64,000 nucleotides of DNA from Eledone cirrhosa (GCA_964016885.1 OZ024745.1:9982001-10046000), one strand, 5' to 3'. Counted from the stretch's first letter, positions 1 through 13,700 are shown. The notes: a model not told the origin generated them from the letters alone. Made by a program: numbers and translations.

Positions 1-694
1 AAACTCCTGCTGGAATAATTATAATTAGTTTTACTGGTCTTATAATGTAGTGTTAAGGTAGAGAAAATACCTTGTTATCTGACAGCAGCCTCCTCAGGGA
101 TGGAGAGGTACACTGGTTCCTGACTCTGGGATATTTATTTTCAGTCACACCTCAGTAACTGCTTCTGCTGGTAAAGGACTGGGTACCACCAATTATTTCT
201 AAAGCCCAGTGAAAAACAACATATTGGATTGGTGAAGCGTCTGAAAACCAACGACTCTACTCTCGACTGCCATTTGCCAGGATGGAGACAACCAAAGTGA
301 AACTAGGATGACAACCATATCAATGGATGTTAATACTAGATTTAGTATCATAAGACCAAGAGCACAGAACTTCATCGACCTTTCCATTGTCCTTGGGGAC
401 AGAACGTTCTCTTTCCCATCTGATAATACTTTAAAACAACCAGGAAGCTTAAAATATCTACATATGTAAGAAGAGTTATTAATAAGATTTCTAAAAGCAT
501 CTGATGTAACCCATACTTTCATAGAAAACAGAGTTAGAAGTTTTAATGAAACACAATAGATAGCTGGTGACATCAAAGAGAGAAAGAATGTGAATAATGT
601 AGAATAGAAATATAAAGTTGTGAATATTGGGTTTTGAAATAAAATTTGATTAAATATAGCAATAATGAGATGAGAAATATGAAGCTGTACTTAC

Positions 695-776
695 TTTATT
701 TGGCTTCTGTTCATGGGGATAGCAATGGCTTGAACAAAGTTGAAATAAGTAACAAAGAGGTATGGGTCATGGTAGG
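695..776 (-). CDS. CIT: Citron kinase-like exon: CNH domain (AYHDPYLFVTYFNFVQAIAIPMNRSQI)
   Basis: 82 bp, ttccag| and |gtaagt, phase 1-2; AY..PYLFVT.FN motif. Confidence 0.9.
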
Positions 777-805
777 CTGGAAATAGAGACAAGAATTTGT
801 GGCAG

Positions 806-2601
806 ATATTAATGACATGCCAACTTAATGCCACAGTACTGAAATATGCAGATGACATCAAGCTGTACCTTGAGATAAAAAGGACATCCTGAACACTATA
901 GATCTTGCCTGCAATCTGACCTGGACACAATGCAGTAATGGATCACAGACTGGCAACTCAAGCTGTCTGTGGACAAGTGCACCACCATGCATTTTGGGAG
1001 TAAAAACCCAGCGTCCACATACTCCCTCCACAACACTAATATCAAGAAGTCTTCATGTGAACGTGACCTGGGTATTACGGTCAGCAGCGATTTGCGTTGG
1101 ACGAAGCACGTCTCTAAAATTGTCAAGAAGGCCGAGGGTGTCTTAGCATCACTCAGCAAGACCTTTGTCAGCCGCTCTCCAGCTATCTATTTAAAGCTGT
1201 ATATAGCTATGGTGCGACCACACTTGGAATTTGCATCACCAGTCTGGAACCCCTATCTTGCTCAGAACATTGACCGCCTGGAAACTGTTCAAAGATGTGC
1301 AGCCAAGTGAATACACTCCATCAGGCATCTACCATACTCTGAACGCCTTGCTTCCCTGGGCATGGATACATTGAAGCTCCGACACCTGGCAACTGACTTG
1401 GTAAACACCCACAAAATTATTAACCATCTTGCCAACAACAACCCTGAACACCTTTTTTAATTCCATGTGTCTAACACACGTGGGTATGCCCACAAAGTTA
1501 GAAAACAGTACAGTTCCCATGACTTTCGGAAACATTTTTTCACGCTCAGAGTTGCTGAAGCATGGAACAAACTACCTGCATCGGTTGTTAGCTGTCGGGA
1601 CACTGCATCCTTTAAAGCCTCCATGGAACAAACTACCTGCATCAGTTGTTAGCTGTCGGGACACTGCATCCTTTAAAACCTCCATGGAACAAACTACCTG
1701 CATCAGTTGTTAGCTGTCGAGACACTGCATCCTTTAAAACCTCCACGGAACAAACTATCTGCATCAGTTGTTAGCTGTCGAGACACTGCATCCTTTAAAA
1801 CCTCCATGGAACAAACTACCTGCATCAGTTATCTGTCGAGACACTGCAACCTTTAAAACCTCCATGGAAAAAACTACCTGCATCAGTTATTAGCTGTCGA
1901 GACACTGCATCCTTTAAAACCTCCATGGAACAAACTACCTGCATCAGTTGTTAGCTGTCGAGGCACTGCATCCTTTAAAACCTCCATGGAACAAACTACC
2001 TGCATCAGTTATTAGCTGTCGAGACACTGCATCCTTTAAAACCTCCATGGAACAAACTACCTGCATCAGTTGTTAGCTGTCGAGACACTGCATCCTTTAA
2101 AACCTCCATGGAACAAACTACCTGCATCAGTTGTTAGCTGTCGAGACACTGCATCCTTTAAAACCTCCATGGAACAAACTACCTGCATCAGTTATTAGCT
2201 GTCGAGACACTGCATCCTTTAAAACCTCCATGGAACAAACTACCTGCATCAGTTGTTAGCTGTCGAGACACTGCATCCTTTCAAACCTCCATGGAACAAA
2301 CTACCTGCATCAGTTGTTAGCTGTCGAGACACTGCATCCTTTAAAACCTCCATGGAACAAACTACCTGCATCAGTTGTTAGCTGTCGAGACACTGCATCC
2401 TTTAAAACCTCCATGCTTCCTGAAATTCGCCAACACTACACCTGATATTCCCCTTCCATACACACGCACACATGTATATCATGACTCATACACTATTCAC
2501 TTCCCTGACATTTGTATAATATTCTATGTACTATACATGCACCTTTGATGAGTTGTAGTGCACCTGAGCACTGTACACAATAATTTCATTATTATTATTA
2601 A
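806..2601 (+). mobile_element. 5'-truncated CR1/L2-type LINE (RT C-terminal part, 3' UTR, (ATT)n tail), degenerate
   Basis: INDMP, KYADDIKLY, ERDLGITVSSDLRWTKH, VRPHLEFASPVWNP and FFTLRVAEAWNKLP motifs, with stops and frameshifts; ends in attattattatta. Confidence 0.88.
1561..2415 (+). repeat. 61-bp minisatellite, 14 copies, amplified from the LINE ORF2 3' end
   Basis: Unit catggaacaaactacctgcatcagttgttagctgtcgagacactgcatcctttaaaacctc; one copy is 58 bp; LINE sequence resumes after the array. Confidence 0.95.
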
Positions 2602-2691
2602 TTAGTTAAAACTAACTGAAACGATAGTCACAGTATACAGATGAATCTATTGCAAATAAAGATAATAAAATAAAAGGATTTAGTATCATAC

Positions 2692-2772
2692 CAAAGGTCA
2701 AGGGCACACCACTCCATCTTAAGTTACTTTGACGACTTCTACGGCCTTTATAGTCCACATAAATACCAAATT
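2692..2772 (-). CDS. CIT: Citron kinase-like exon: CNH domain (EFGIYVDYKGRRSRQSNLRWSGVPLTF)
   Basis: 81 bp, tttcag| and |gtatga, phase 1-1; FG.YVD..GRRSR...W...P motif. Confidence 0.92.
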
Positions 2773-2786
2773 CTGAAAATAATAAT

Positions 2787-2931
2787 ATTGGTTTTTGATT
2801 TAGGCACAAGGTCAACAATTTTGGAGGAGAGGAAAGTCTATTAAATTGACACCAGTGCATTACAGGTACCTTATTTTATCGACCCTGTAAGGATTAAAGA
2901 CAAAGCTAACTTAGGTGGGATTCGAAATCAG
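2787..2931. mobile_element. Degenerate SINE-like interspersed repeat fragment
   Basis: ggtac..attttatcgaccc..aaggat.aaag.caaag pattern recognised as a common cephalopod repeat (from memory, not verified). Confidence 0.45.
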
Positions 2932-3337
2932 CTGCAGCTGGATAACTTCTGTGTGACCTGACATACAAGCCCACACTCTACTGAGTCGATTTTACTGTAT
3001 CACCAACATTAAGGAAGTTATACCTTTGACATAGCTAAAGAGTTTCCCTGACCCTTTGTTTGGCAGATTTTCTATGGTTGGATGCCCTTCCTATTTCCAA
3101 CCACTTTACAGGGTTTACTGGGTCAATAAAAAAAAAAAGTAAGAAATTAGTAACTGTATACTGATCAAGATGGCTCGAGATTCTTTAAGAAGATGAGAGT
3201 TAATTAAAAATACTATTGTTGGAATGTTGAACAAATACACAAAGCTACTTTAAAAATAAAAGATATGATCTAGTAGAGCAATATAGAAACACATTTTCAG
3301 AGAACGGTTGACAGGAGAACAATAGAAGACTACAAAC

Positions 3338-3457
3338 CATAATAGCAGAGCAAGAATTCTGGTGGAGCTCCTTGTGGGGAAATCTTGACAACATCCAAAG
3401 GTAAGCTTTGATTGTCATATATACATTTAAAAGATGGATCCTTGCTGTCTAAATATT
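3338..3457 (-). CDS. CIT: Citron kinase-like exon: CNH domain (EYLDSKDPSFKCIYDNQSLPLDVVKISPQGAPPEFLLCYY)
   Basis: 120 bp, tttcag| and |gtttgt, phase 1-1; EFLLC motif; not in the ORF track, translated by hand. Confidence 0.88.
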
Positions 3458-3505
3458 CTGAAATATCAAACATATATAGATTTCTATTAGTAAATATTTT
3501 ACAAA

Positions 3506-6500
3506 TACAGATATATTATATATAGAACTAGAGATATATTATATATAGAACTACAGATATATTACATATAGAACTATAGATATATTACATATAGAACTAG
3601 ATATATTATATATAGAACTACAGATATATTACATATAGAACTAGAGATATATTACATATAGAACTACAGATATATTATATATAGAACTAGAGATATATTA
3701 CATATAGAACTAGAGTTATATTACATATAGAACTAGAGATATATTACATATAGAACTACAGATATATTACATATAGAACTACAGATATATTACATATAGA
3801 ACTACAGATATATTACATATAGAACTAGAGATATATATCATATAGAACTACAGATATATTACATATATAGAACTATAGATATATTATATATAGAACTAGA
3901 GATATATTACATATAGAACTATAGATATATTACATATAGAACTATAGATATATTACATATAGAACTAGAGATATATTACATATAGAACTATAGATATATT
4001 ATATATAGAACTAGAGATATATTATATATAGAACTAGAGATATATTACATATAGAACTATAGATATATTATATATAGAACTAGAGACATATTACATATAG
4101 AACTACAGATATATTACATATAGAACAAGAGATATATTACATATAGAACTATAGATATATTATATATAAACTGGAGATATATTACATATAGAACTACAGA
4201 TATATTATATATAGAACTACAGATATATTGTATATAGAACTAGAGATATATTACATATAGAACTATAGATATATTATATATAGAACTAGAGATATATTAC
4301 ATATAGAACTACAGATATATTATATATAGAACTAGAGATATATTACATATAGAACTATAGATATATTATATATAAACTGGAGATATATTACATATAGAAC
4401 TACAGATATATTATATATAGAACTACAGATATATTGTATATAGAACTAGAGATATATTATATATAGAACTATAGATATATTATATATAGAACTACAGATA
4501 TATTACATATAGAACTATAGATGTATTACATATAGAACTATAGATATATTACATATAGAACTAGAGATATATTACATATAGAACTAGATATATTACATAT
4601 AGAACTAGAGATATATTACATATAGAACTGTGGAGGCACATGGCTTCGTGGTTAGAGCATTGGCCTTGCAATCGAAAGGTTGTGAGTTCAATTCTCAGAC
4701 CGGGTGATGTGTTGTTTCCTTGAGCAAGACACTTTATTTCACATTGCTCCAGTTTACTCAGCTGTAGAAATGAGATGATAGGGACTGGGGTCCATATCAT
4801 TCCACTGCAAAGTGGTCGTGCAGGTGCCACGGCAAAAAAGCACCCAGCACTCACTGTAAATGAGGTTGGTGTTAGGAAGGGCATCCAGCTGTAGAAATCA
4901 AGCCAGAATCAGTTCCCGTCCCACCCTTGCAAGCAGGGAAAAAGCGGACGTAAAATGAAATGATGATGATGAGAACTAGAGATATATTATATATAGAACT
5001 ACAGATATATTACATATAGAACTAGAGATATATTATATATAGAACTACAGATATATTACATATAGAACTAGATATATTACATATAGAACTACAGATATAT
5101 TATATATAGAACTACAGATATATTATATATATAGAACTAGAGATATATTATATATAGAACTACAGATATATTACATATAGAACTAGATATATATTACATA
5201 TAGAACTACAGATATATTACATATAGAACTAGAGATATATTACATATAGAACTACAGATATATTACATATAGAACTAGATATATTACATATAGAACTACA
5301 GATATATTATATATAGAACTACAGATATATTATATATATAGAACTAGAGATATATTATATATAGAACTAGAGATATATTACATATAGAACTAGAGATATA
5401 TTATATATAGAACTACAGATATGTTACATATAGAACTATAGATATATTACATATAGAACTATAGATATATTACATATAGAACTACAGATATATTATATAT
5501 AGAACTACAGATATATTATATATATAGAACTAGAGATATATTATATATAGAACTACAGATATATTACATATAGAACTAGATATATATTATATATAGAACT
5601 ACAGATATATTACATATAGAACTATAGATATATTATATATAGAACTACAGATATATTACATATAGAACTACAGATATATTACATATAGAACTAGATATAT
5701 TACATATAGAACTATAGATATATTATATATAGAACTACAGATATATTACATATAGAACTATAGATATATTATATATAGAACTAGAGATATATTACATATA
5801 GAACTACAGATATATTACATATAGAACTAGATATATTACATATAGAACTATAGATATAATACATATAGAACTAGATATGTTACATATAGAACTATAGATA
5901 TATTACATATAGAACTACAGATATATTATATATAGAACTAGAGATATATTACATATAGAACTACAGATATATTATATATAGAACTAGAGATATATTACAT
6001 ATAGAACTACAGATATATTATATATAGAACTACAGATATATTATATATAGAACTAGAGATATATTACATATAGAACTAGAGATATATTACATATAGAACT
6101 ACAGATATATTATATATAGAACTAGAGATATATTGCATATAGAACTAGAGATATATTACAGATAGAACTAGAGATATATTACATATAGAACTATATTACA
6201 TATAGAACTACAGATATATTACATATAGAACTATAGATATATTATATATAGAACTAGAGATATAATATATATAGAACTACAGATATATTACATATAGAAC
6301 TAGATATATTACATATAGAACTAGATATATTACATATAGAACTATAGATATATTACATATAGAACTACAGATATATTACATATAGAACTAGAGATATATT
6401 ATATATAGAACTAGAGATATATTATATATAGAACTAGAGATATATTATATATAGAACTACAGATATATTACATATAGAACTAGAGATATATTACATATAG

Positions 6501-7238
6501 AACTAGATATATATTATATATAGAACTACAGATATATTATATATAGAACTAGAGATATACTATATATAGAACTACAGATATATTATATATAGAACTACAG
6601 ATATATTATATATAGAACTAGAGATATATTATATATAGAACTACAGATATATTACATATAGAACTAGAGATATACTACATATAGAACTACAGATATATTA
6701 TATATAGAACTACAGATATATTACATATAGAACTACAGATATATTACATATAGAACTAGAGATATATTATATATAGAACTAGAGATATATTATATATAGA
6801 ACTACAGATATATTACATATAGAACTACAGATATATTACATATAGAACTAGAGATATATTACATATAGAACTAGAGATATACTACATATAGAACTACAGA
6901 TATATTACATATAGAACTACAGATATATTACATATAGAACTACAGATATATTATATATAGAACTACAGATATATTACATATAGAACTAGAGATATATTAT
7001 ATATAGAACTACAGATATATTACATATAGAACTAGAGATATATTACATATAGAACTAGAGATATATTATATATAGAACTAGAGATATATTACATATAGAA
7101 CTAGAGATATATTATATATAGAACTACAGATATATTACATATAGAACTAGAGATATATTACATATAGAACTAGAGATATATTATATATAGAACTACAGAT
7201 ATATTACATATAGAACTAGAGATATATTATATATAGAA
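3506..7238. repeat. AT-rich 23-bp minisatellite (about 150 copies, some 21/25-bp variants), interrupted by a SINE
   Basis: Unit atatattacatatagaacta(g/c/t)ag. Confidence 0.97.
4630..4971 (+). mobile_element. Full-length tRNA-derived SINE inserted in the 23-bp array
   Basis: A box (tggcttcgtggtt) and B box (gagttcaattct), (TGA)n tail, possible agaact target-site duplication; near-identical to 9711-10049. Confidence 0.9.
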
Positions 7239-7760
7239 TCAATAGAATTTTAAACATATGGTAGCAGAGGTGGTAATGTGAGACAAGTGCCCTAGCAGTA
7301 TGTATGGGAGCTAGTCTGCTAAAATGTTGTTCTGAATGAAAATTCTACAGAAGACAATTTGATATCTCTTTTCTCTGAAGACAACAATATAGATACCAGT
7401 CATATACTGGGACTACAGCAACTGTCAGTTGTACCTCTTGTTCTCAGTGGCTTCTTCTTTGCCAACATGTTCATGAGAGGGTCATTGGGGGCTTAGAGTA
7501 CTCCTTCTAGTGGGCACTTTTAGGAACAACTGTCCAAGTGATCCGCATGGATCCCCAAACAAGAGCAGTTGAGCTCATGGGTGTTACCCACCCATCTTTC
7601 TCAGGGTCTACTCCTGGGTTTCCTGCTGGTCAGAGACTCTGCTTCAGTACTCATAAGTCTGTGATGTCATGTCCACCCCTTGCTAAGAGGGAAACAGATG
7701 GTAAACAATAATGATGTGGTGGTGTGATTTGAATGATAAAACTAAAAAAGTTTTCCTTGC

Positions 7761-7872
7761 CTTTCAAAGATGGGTTTTCGAAATCAATACACATAAACTG
7801 GTCAGTACCAACAATAGCAAACTTCTCAGTGACACAAACACAACTGCATGGCTCAGCAATTGAGGTGAATTC
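7761..7872 (-). CDS. CIT: Citron kinase-like exon: CNH domain (EFTSIAEPCSCVCVTEKFAIVGTDQFMCIDFENPSLK), probable GC donor
   Basis: 112 bp, tttcag| acceptor, AAG|GCAAGG donor, phase 0-1; EPCSC motif. Confidence 0.85.
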
Positions 7873-8353
7873 CTGAAAACAAAAATAGAACAAATGAACA
7901 AAGTTATGTTTTCCTATTAGAATCTAATCCAGGGTCTTCTCACTCCTGTTGGAGGAACCCCTCCCTGGTGGACCTCCATCCAATCCAGGATCTTCTCACT
8001 CCTGTTGGAGGAACACCTCCCTGGTGGACCTCCACTGTTGAGTCAATTGCAGGTTGGTGAGGTTATTTAACCCATAGCTGGTGTGGATGACTGCTGACTC
8101 TGAAGAGTTCACTTGCACTTTTAACAGCTCAGTTTTTTGTGCTACTGGGGTCCTACTTACCCTCCTCACCTGACCAGGGCCTGGTGGGGGATCTGGTTTA
8201 GTCACTGACCACATGGCTATGAAGCAGGTTGTACTGGGTTACATGGTACCGCAGGCAGGAGCCTGACCTGATGTTTTCCTATTATCATTACAAATATGCT
8301 GTATATTAATAAGGATGTGTGCTAGCAGTCAAAGTATACAATATATATATATA

Positions 8354-9632
8354 CAGGGTGCGAACGATATTTGTTCGCAAGATTACTGTCTAGGAAAAAA
8401 TGAGTTTTATTTTTAAAGATTTATTTATCAAACTTGGGTCAGTTTGTCTTCATGACTTGTTCTTTCGATCTCACTCGATAAATCTGCCATTGGCTTTGAT
8501 GACGGCCTTGGAACCGGCTACAGGCCTTCGTCACTGTTCCCCGACTTAGGCCCCTAAAGGCACTTGTGATCCTGGCCTTCAGATCGTCTTTCGTATTGCA
8601 GCTAGATCTGTTGGTGTCTCATTCCACTGCGCCCCACACAAAGAAGTCGAGGGGGTTGCAGTCAGGCGAGCTGGGAGGCCAGATGTCAGGTGAAGTGTGG
8701 TTGACGAAGTTCTCTGACAGCCAGGCTTGGGTCTTTCGGCTGGTATGGCAGGGTGTTGAGTCTTGCTGCCACACTTACGGCCTACCTGCAGCTACCTGGT
8801 CGATCCAGGGCTTTACTACCTCGCTCAGAACGCGGATGTAGCCATCGGTGTTCAGCTTGAGGCCCTCAGGGAAGAAGTGAGGAGGCATGACGTCACCTTG
8901 ACTGCTGACGACACCTAAGACCAATGTTGTCGCTGGAAACTTTGTCTGCATGACTCTGGGTACGTCTTTGGATGAGACAGCGAGCCACCTGTTGTTCTGG
9001 GAGTTGATCTTCTGGTCTTGGCAGAAGTTTTTCTCGTCGGAGAAAAACCACAGCATGTCTGATCAGCTTCTTTGTTGATCAGCTTCTTTGTGTGCTTCAG
9101 TCGCTTTTCTTGCATAGCCTTTGATAGAAATTGTCCTTTCCTCATCTTGTATGAAACGTAGCGAATGTCTTCATGTACCACCAGCCTAATGAGCTTTTCA
9201 TCCAAGCCTTTCTCCCTTGCAATGGCACGCATCGACTTGCTAGGTTCATTGTTGATGATATCCTGAACTTCAGCGACGAACTCGGGCGTTCTGAAGGCGT
9301 CAGATCGTCGATCATGTGTTTTCCTCTCTGATGTTGCTTCGTAGTCAAATCCTGAATCTTCCAATTCCTTTCTGACCTTTTCCACCATTCTCCTGCTGAC
9401 GCTGAGAAAGTCTGAAATTTCCTTATTTGTCCTCCCGGCGCGGATTCCAAGAAGAACTCCGTGTCTCTTCCACAAATTTGGAGGTTCAAAATTATTCATA
9501 ATCAATTATTCTGAAAATAAATAATGGAAATATAGTCACTGTTTTTATGAAGACGAGAGTGACAACGGAAGTAAAAAAAATTTGCATAAAATTAGCAGTT
9601 GAAAATTGCGAACAAATATCGTCTGCACCCTG
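8354..9632 (-). mobile_element. Full-length Tc1/mariner transposon, DD37D (maT) family
   Basis: 27-bp TIRs cagggtgc(ga/ag)acgatatttgttcgcaa with 2 mismatches, TA on both flanks, 1279 bp. Confidence 0.93.
8471..9499 (-). pseudogene. Disrupted DD37D transposase
   Basis: N-terminal HTH, FFSDEKNF, WQQD-37aa-D (SPDCNPLD); frameshift near 9060-9085, stops at 8775 and 8620, further frameshift near 8510. Confidence 0.9.
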
Positions 9633-9710
9633 TATCATCATCATCATTATCACCGTTTTACATCCGTTCTTCCAGGCTAGCATGGGTTAGACGGTATATA
9701 TATATATACA

Positions 9711-10049
9711 TGGAGGCACATGGCTTAGTGGTTAGAGCATTGGCCTTGCAATCGAAAGGTTGTGAGTTCAATTCTCAGACCGGGTGATGTGTTGTTTCCT
9801 TGAGCAAGACACTTTATTTCACATTGCTCCAGTTTACTCAGCTGTAGAAATGAGATGATAGGGACTGGGGTCCCTATCATTCCACTGTAAAGTGGTCGTG
9901 TAGGTGCCACGGCAAAAAAGCACCCAGCACTCACTGTAAATGAGGTTGGTGTTAGGAAGGGCATCCAGCTGTAGAAATCAAGCCAGAATCAGTTCCCGTC
10001 CCACCCTTGCAAGCAGGGAAAAGCGGACGTAAAATGATGATGATGATGA
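9711..10049 (+). mobile_element. Full-length tRNA-derived SINE, second copy
   Basis: Differs from 4630-4971 by about 4 substitutions and tail indels; A/B boxes, (TGA)n tail. Confidence 0.9.
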
Positions 10050-10468
10050 GTACATAATAGAGGTGTATATGAAATGTTTATGTATAACAAACATATACAA
10101 GTCTTGCTATGACTGTTTTAAGCTGTGATCACAGCTATCTCAGTAGCTAGACTAGTATTTCAGGGTTTTTATCCATCACTTGATGTTTACTCCCTCTGTA
10201 CTGAGACAAGAATAAGCTATAGCTTATATACTTGTTGCATATAAAACATCTGCTGGATGTGCTCATTTGCATATTGCGCAAGCTTCACTAACTAGAATTA
10301 AACTTAGAGTCAGTTTATAGACGTGTAAACATGATAAAGATATTTCCTTGAAAATAAAAAATAAAAAAGAAGAAATTATATACACATATCTATATACATA
10401 AATGTTTGTGAATGAAAAGACAACTTTTATAAAAAGTTTACAATTGTAACAAATAAAAAAACATTTAC

Positions 10469-10701
10469 CTTTCGGATGCAAAACTTATCCAATCCATGGT
10501 TGTATTTCATGAGAACAATTCTGTCGATCATACCCGCACAAAGGTAGACGCAATCGTCCCACAAGCCAATGTCAAACACTGTACAACGGAATACTTTGTC
10601 TAAAGTATCATAAGGAATAGGGTTAGACTGGTTTGGCAACTTATGGAAATGCTTGTTTTTAAGGCATTTTTTCTTGATTGCTATTAAAGTACGTTCTTCT
10701 C
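10469..10701 (-). CDS. CIT: Citron kinase-like exon: CNH domain (EERTLIAI...YLCAGMIDRIVLMKYNHGLDKFCIRK)
   Basis: 233 bp, ttccag| and |gtaaat, phase 1-0; continues the frame across the 31.4 kb intron. Confidence 0.9.
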
Positions 10702-10792
10702 CTGGAAATTGAAATATATTTGTACACAATAAGAGAATAAAATCCAGAATTTTACATTTAAATGTTTAAAATTCTCTACAAAAAGATTTTTT

Positions 10793-13700
10793 CTTAAGCT
10801 AGTATAGGGTGGGTATATCTTAAGCTAGTATAGGGTGGGTATATCTTAAGCTAGTATAGGGTGGGTATATCTTAAGCTAGTATAGGGTGGGTATATCTTA
10901 AGCTAGTATAGGGTGGGTATATCTTAAGCTAGTATAGGGTGGGTATATCTTAAGCTAGTATAGGGTGGGTATATCTTAAGCTAGTATAGGGTGGGTATAT
11001 CTTAAGCTAGTATAGGGTGGGTATATCTTAAGCTAGTATAGGGTGAGTATATCTTAAGCTAGTATAGGGTGGGTATATCTTAAGCTAGTATAGGGTGGGA
11101 ATATCTTAAGCTAGTATAGGGTGAGTATATCTTAAGCTAGTATAGGGTGGGTATATCTTAAGCTAGTATAGGGTGGGTATATCTTAAGCTAGTATAGGGT
11201 GGGTATATCTTAAGCTAGTATAGGGTGGGTATATCTTAAGCTAGTATAGGGTGGGTATATCTTAAGCTAGTATAGGGTGGGTATATCTTAAGCTAGTATA
11301 GGGTGGGTATATCTTAAGCTAGTATAGGGTGAGTATATCTTAAGCTAGTATAGGGTGGGTATATCTTAAGCTAGTATAGGGTGGGTATATCTTAAGCTAG
11401 TATAGGGTGAGTATATCTTAAGCTAGTATAGGGTGGGTATATCTTAAGCTAGTATAGGGTGGGTATATCTTAAGCTAGTATAGGGTGGGTATATCTTAAG
11501 CTAGTATAGGGTGGGTATATCTTAAGCTAGTATAGGGTGGGTATATCTTAAGCTAGTATAGGGTGGGTATATCTTAAGCTAGTATAGGGTGAGTATATCT
11601 TAAGCTAGTATAGGGTGGGTATATCTTAAGCTAGTATAGGGTGAGTATATCTTAAGCTAGTATAGGGTGGGTATATCTTAAGCTAGTATAGGGTGGGTAT
11701 ATCTTAAGCTAGTATAGGGTGGGTATATCTTAAGCTAGTATAGGGTGGGTATATCTTAAGCTAGTATAGGGTGGGTATATCTTAAGCTAGTATAGGGTGG
11801 GTATATCTTAAGCTAAAATAGGGTGGGTATATCTTAAGCTAGTATAGGGTGAGTATATCTTAAGCTAGTATAGGGTGGGTATATCTTAAGCTAGTATAGG
11901 GTGGGTATATCTTAAGCTAGTATAGGGTGGGTATATCTTAAGCTAGTATAGGGTGAGTATATCTTAAGCTAGTATAGGGTGGGTATATCTTAAGCTAGTA
12001 TAGGGTGGGTATATCTTAAGCTAGTATAGGGTGGGTATATCTTAAGCTAGTATAGGGTGAGTATATCTTAAGCTAGTATAGGGTGGGTATATCTTAAGCT
12101 AGTATAGGGTGGGTATATCTTAAGCTAGTATAGGGTGGGTATATCTTAAACTAGTATAGGGTGAGTATATCTTAAGCTAGTATAGGGTGGGTATATCTTA
12201 AGCTAGTATAGGGTGGGTATATCTTAAGCTAGTATAGGGTGAGTATATCTTAAGCTAGTATAGGGTGGGTATATCTTAAGCTAGTATAGGGTGGGTATAT
12301 CTTAAGCTAGTATAGGGTGGGTATATCTTAAACTAGTATAGGGTGAGTATATCTTAAGCTAGTATAGGGTGGGTATATCTTAAGCTAGTATAGGGTGGGT
12401 ATATCTTAAGCTAGTATAGGGTGGGTATATCTTAAACTAGTATAGGGTGAGTATATCTTAAGCTAGTATAGGGTGGGTATATCTTAAGCTAGTATAGGGT
12501 GGGTATATCTTAAGCTAGTATAGGGTGGGTATATCTTAAGCTAGTATAGGGTGAGTATATATTAAGCTAGTATAGGGTGGGTATATCTTAAGCTAGTAGG
12601 GTGGGTATATCTTAAGCTAGTATAGGGTGAGTATATCTTAAGCTAGTATAGGGTGAGTATATCTTAAACTAGTATAGGGTGGGTATATATTAAGCTAGTA
12701 TAGGGTGGGTATATCTTAAGCTAGTAGGGTGGGTATATCTTAAGCTAGTATAGGGTGGGTATATCTTAAACTAGTATAGGGTGAGTATATCTTAAACTAG
12801 TATAGGTGGGTATATCTTAAGCTAGTATAGGGTGGGTATATCTTAAGCTAGTATAGGGTGAGTATATCTTAAACTAGTATAGGGTGGGTATATCTTAAGC
12901 TAGTATAGGGTGGGTATATCTTAAGCTAGTAGGGTGGGTATATCTTAAACTAGTATAGGGTGGGTATATCTTAAGCTAGTATAGGGTGGGTATATCTTAA
13001 GCTAGTATAGGGTGGGTATATCTTAAGCTAGTATAGGGTGGGTATATCTTAAACTAGTATAGGGTGGGTATATCTTAAGCTAGTATAGGGTGGGTATATC
13101 TTAAGCTAGTATAGGGTGGGTATATCTTAAGCTAGTATAGGGTGGGTATATCTTAAGCTAGTATAGGGTGGGTATATCTTAAACTAGTATAGGGTGGGTA
13201 TATCTTAAGCTAGTATAGGGTGGGTATATCTTAAGCTAATATAGGGTGGGTATATCTTAAGCTAGTATAGGGTGGTATATCTTAAGCTAGTATAGGGTGG
13301 GTATATCTTAAGCTAGTATAGGGTGAGTACATCTTAAACTAGTATAGGGTGGGTATATCTTAAGCTAGTATAGGGTGGGTATATCTTAAGCTAGTATAGG
13401 GTGGGTATATCTTAAACTAGTTAGGGTGGGTATATCTTAAGCTAGTATAGGGTGGGTATATCTTAAGCTAGTATAGGGTGAGTATATCTTAAGCTAATAT
13501 AGGGTGGGTATATCTTAAACTAGTATAGGGTGAGTATATCTTAAACTAGTATAGGTGGGTATATCTTAAGCTAGTATAGGGTGGGTATATTTTAAGCTAG
13601 TATAGGGTGAGTATATCTTAAACTAGTATAGGGTGGGTATATCTTAAGCTAGTATAGGGTGGGTATATCTTAAGCTAGTATAGGGTGAGTATATCTTAAG

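Noticed and set aside
199-576. ORF or further citron exon(s) downstream of exon 695-776
   Set aside because: A pyrimidine tract and AG occur near 564, but no frame gives recognisable CNH C-terminal motifs; cannot be supported without RNA data
4632-4705. tRNA gene
   Set aside because: tRNA-like head of a SINE, with body and (TGA)n tail attached and no complete acceptor stem
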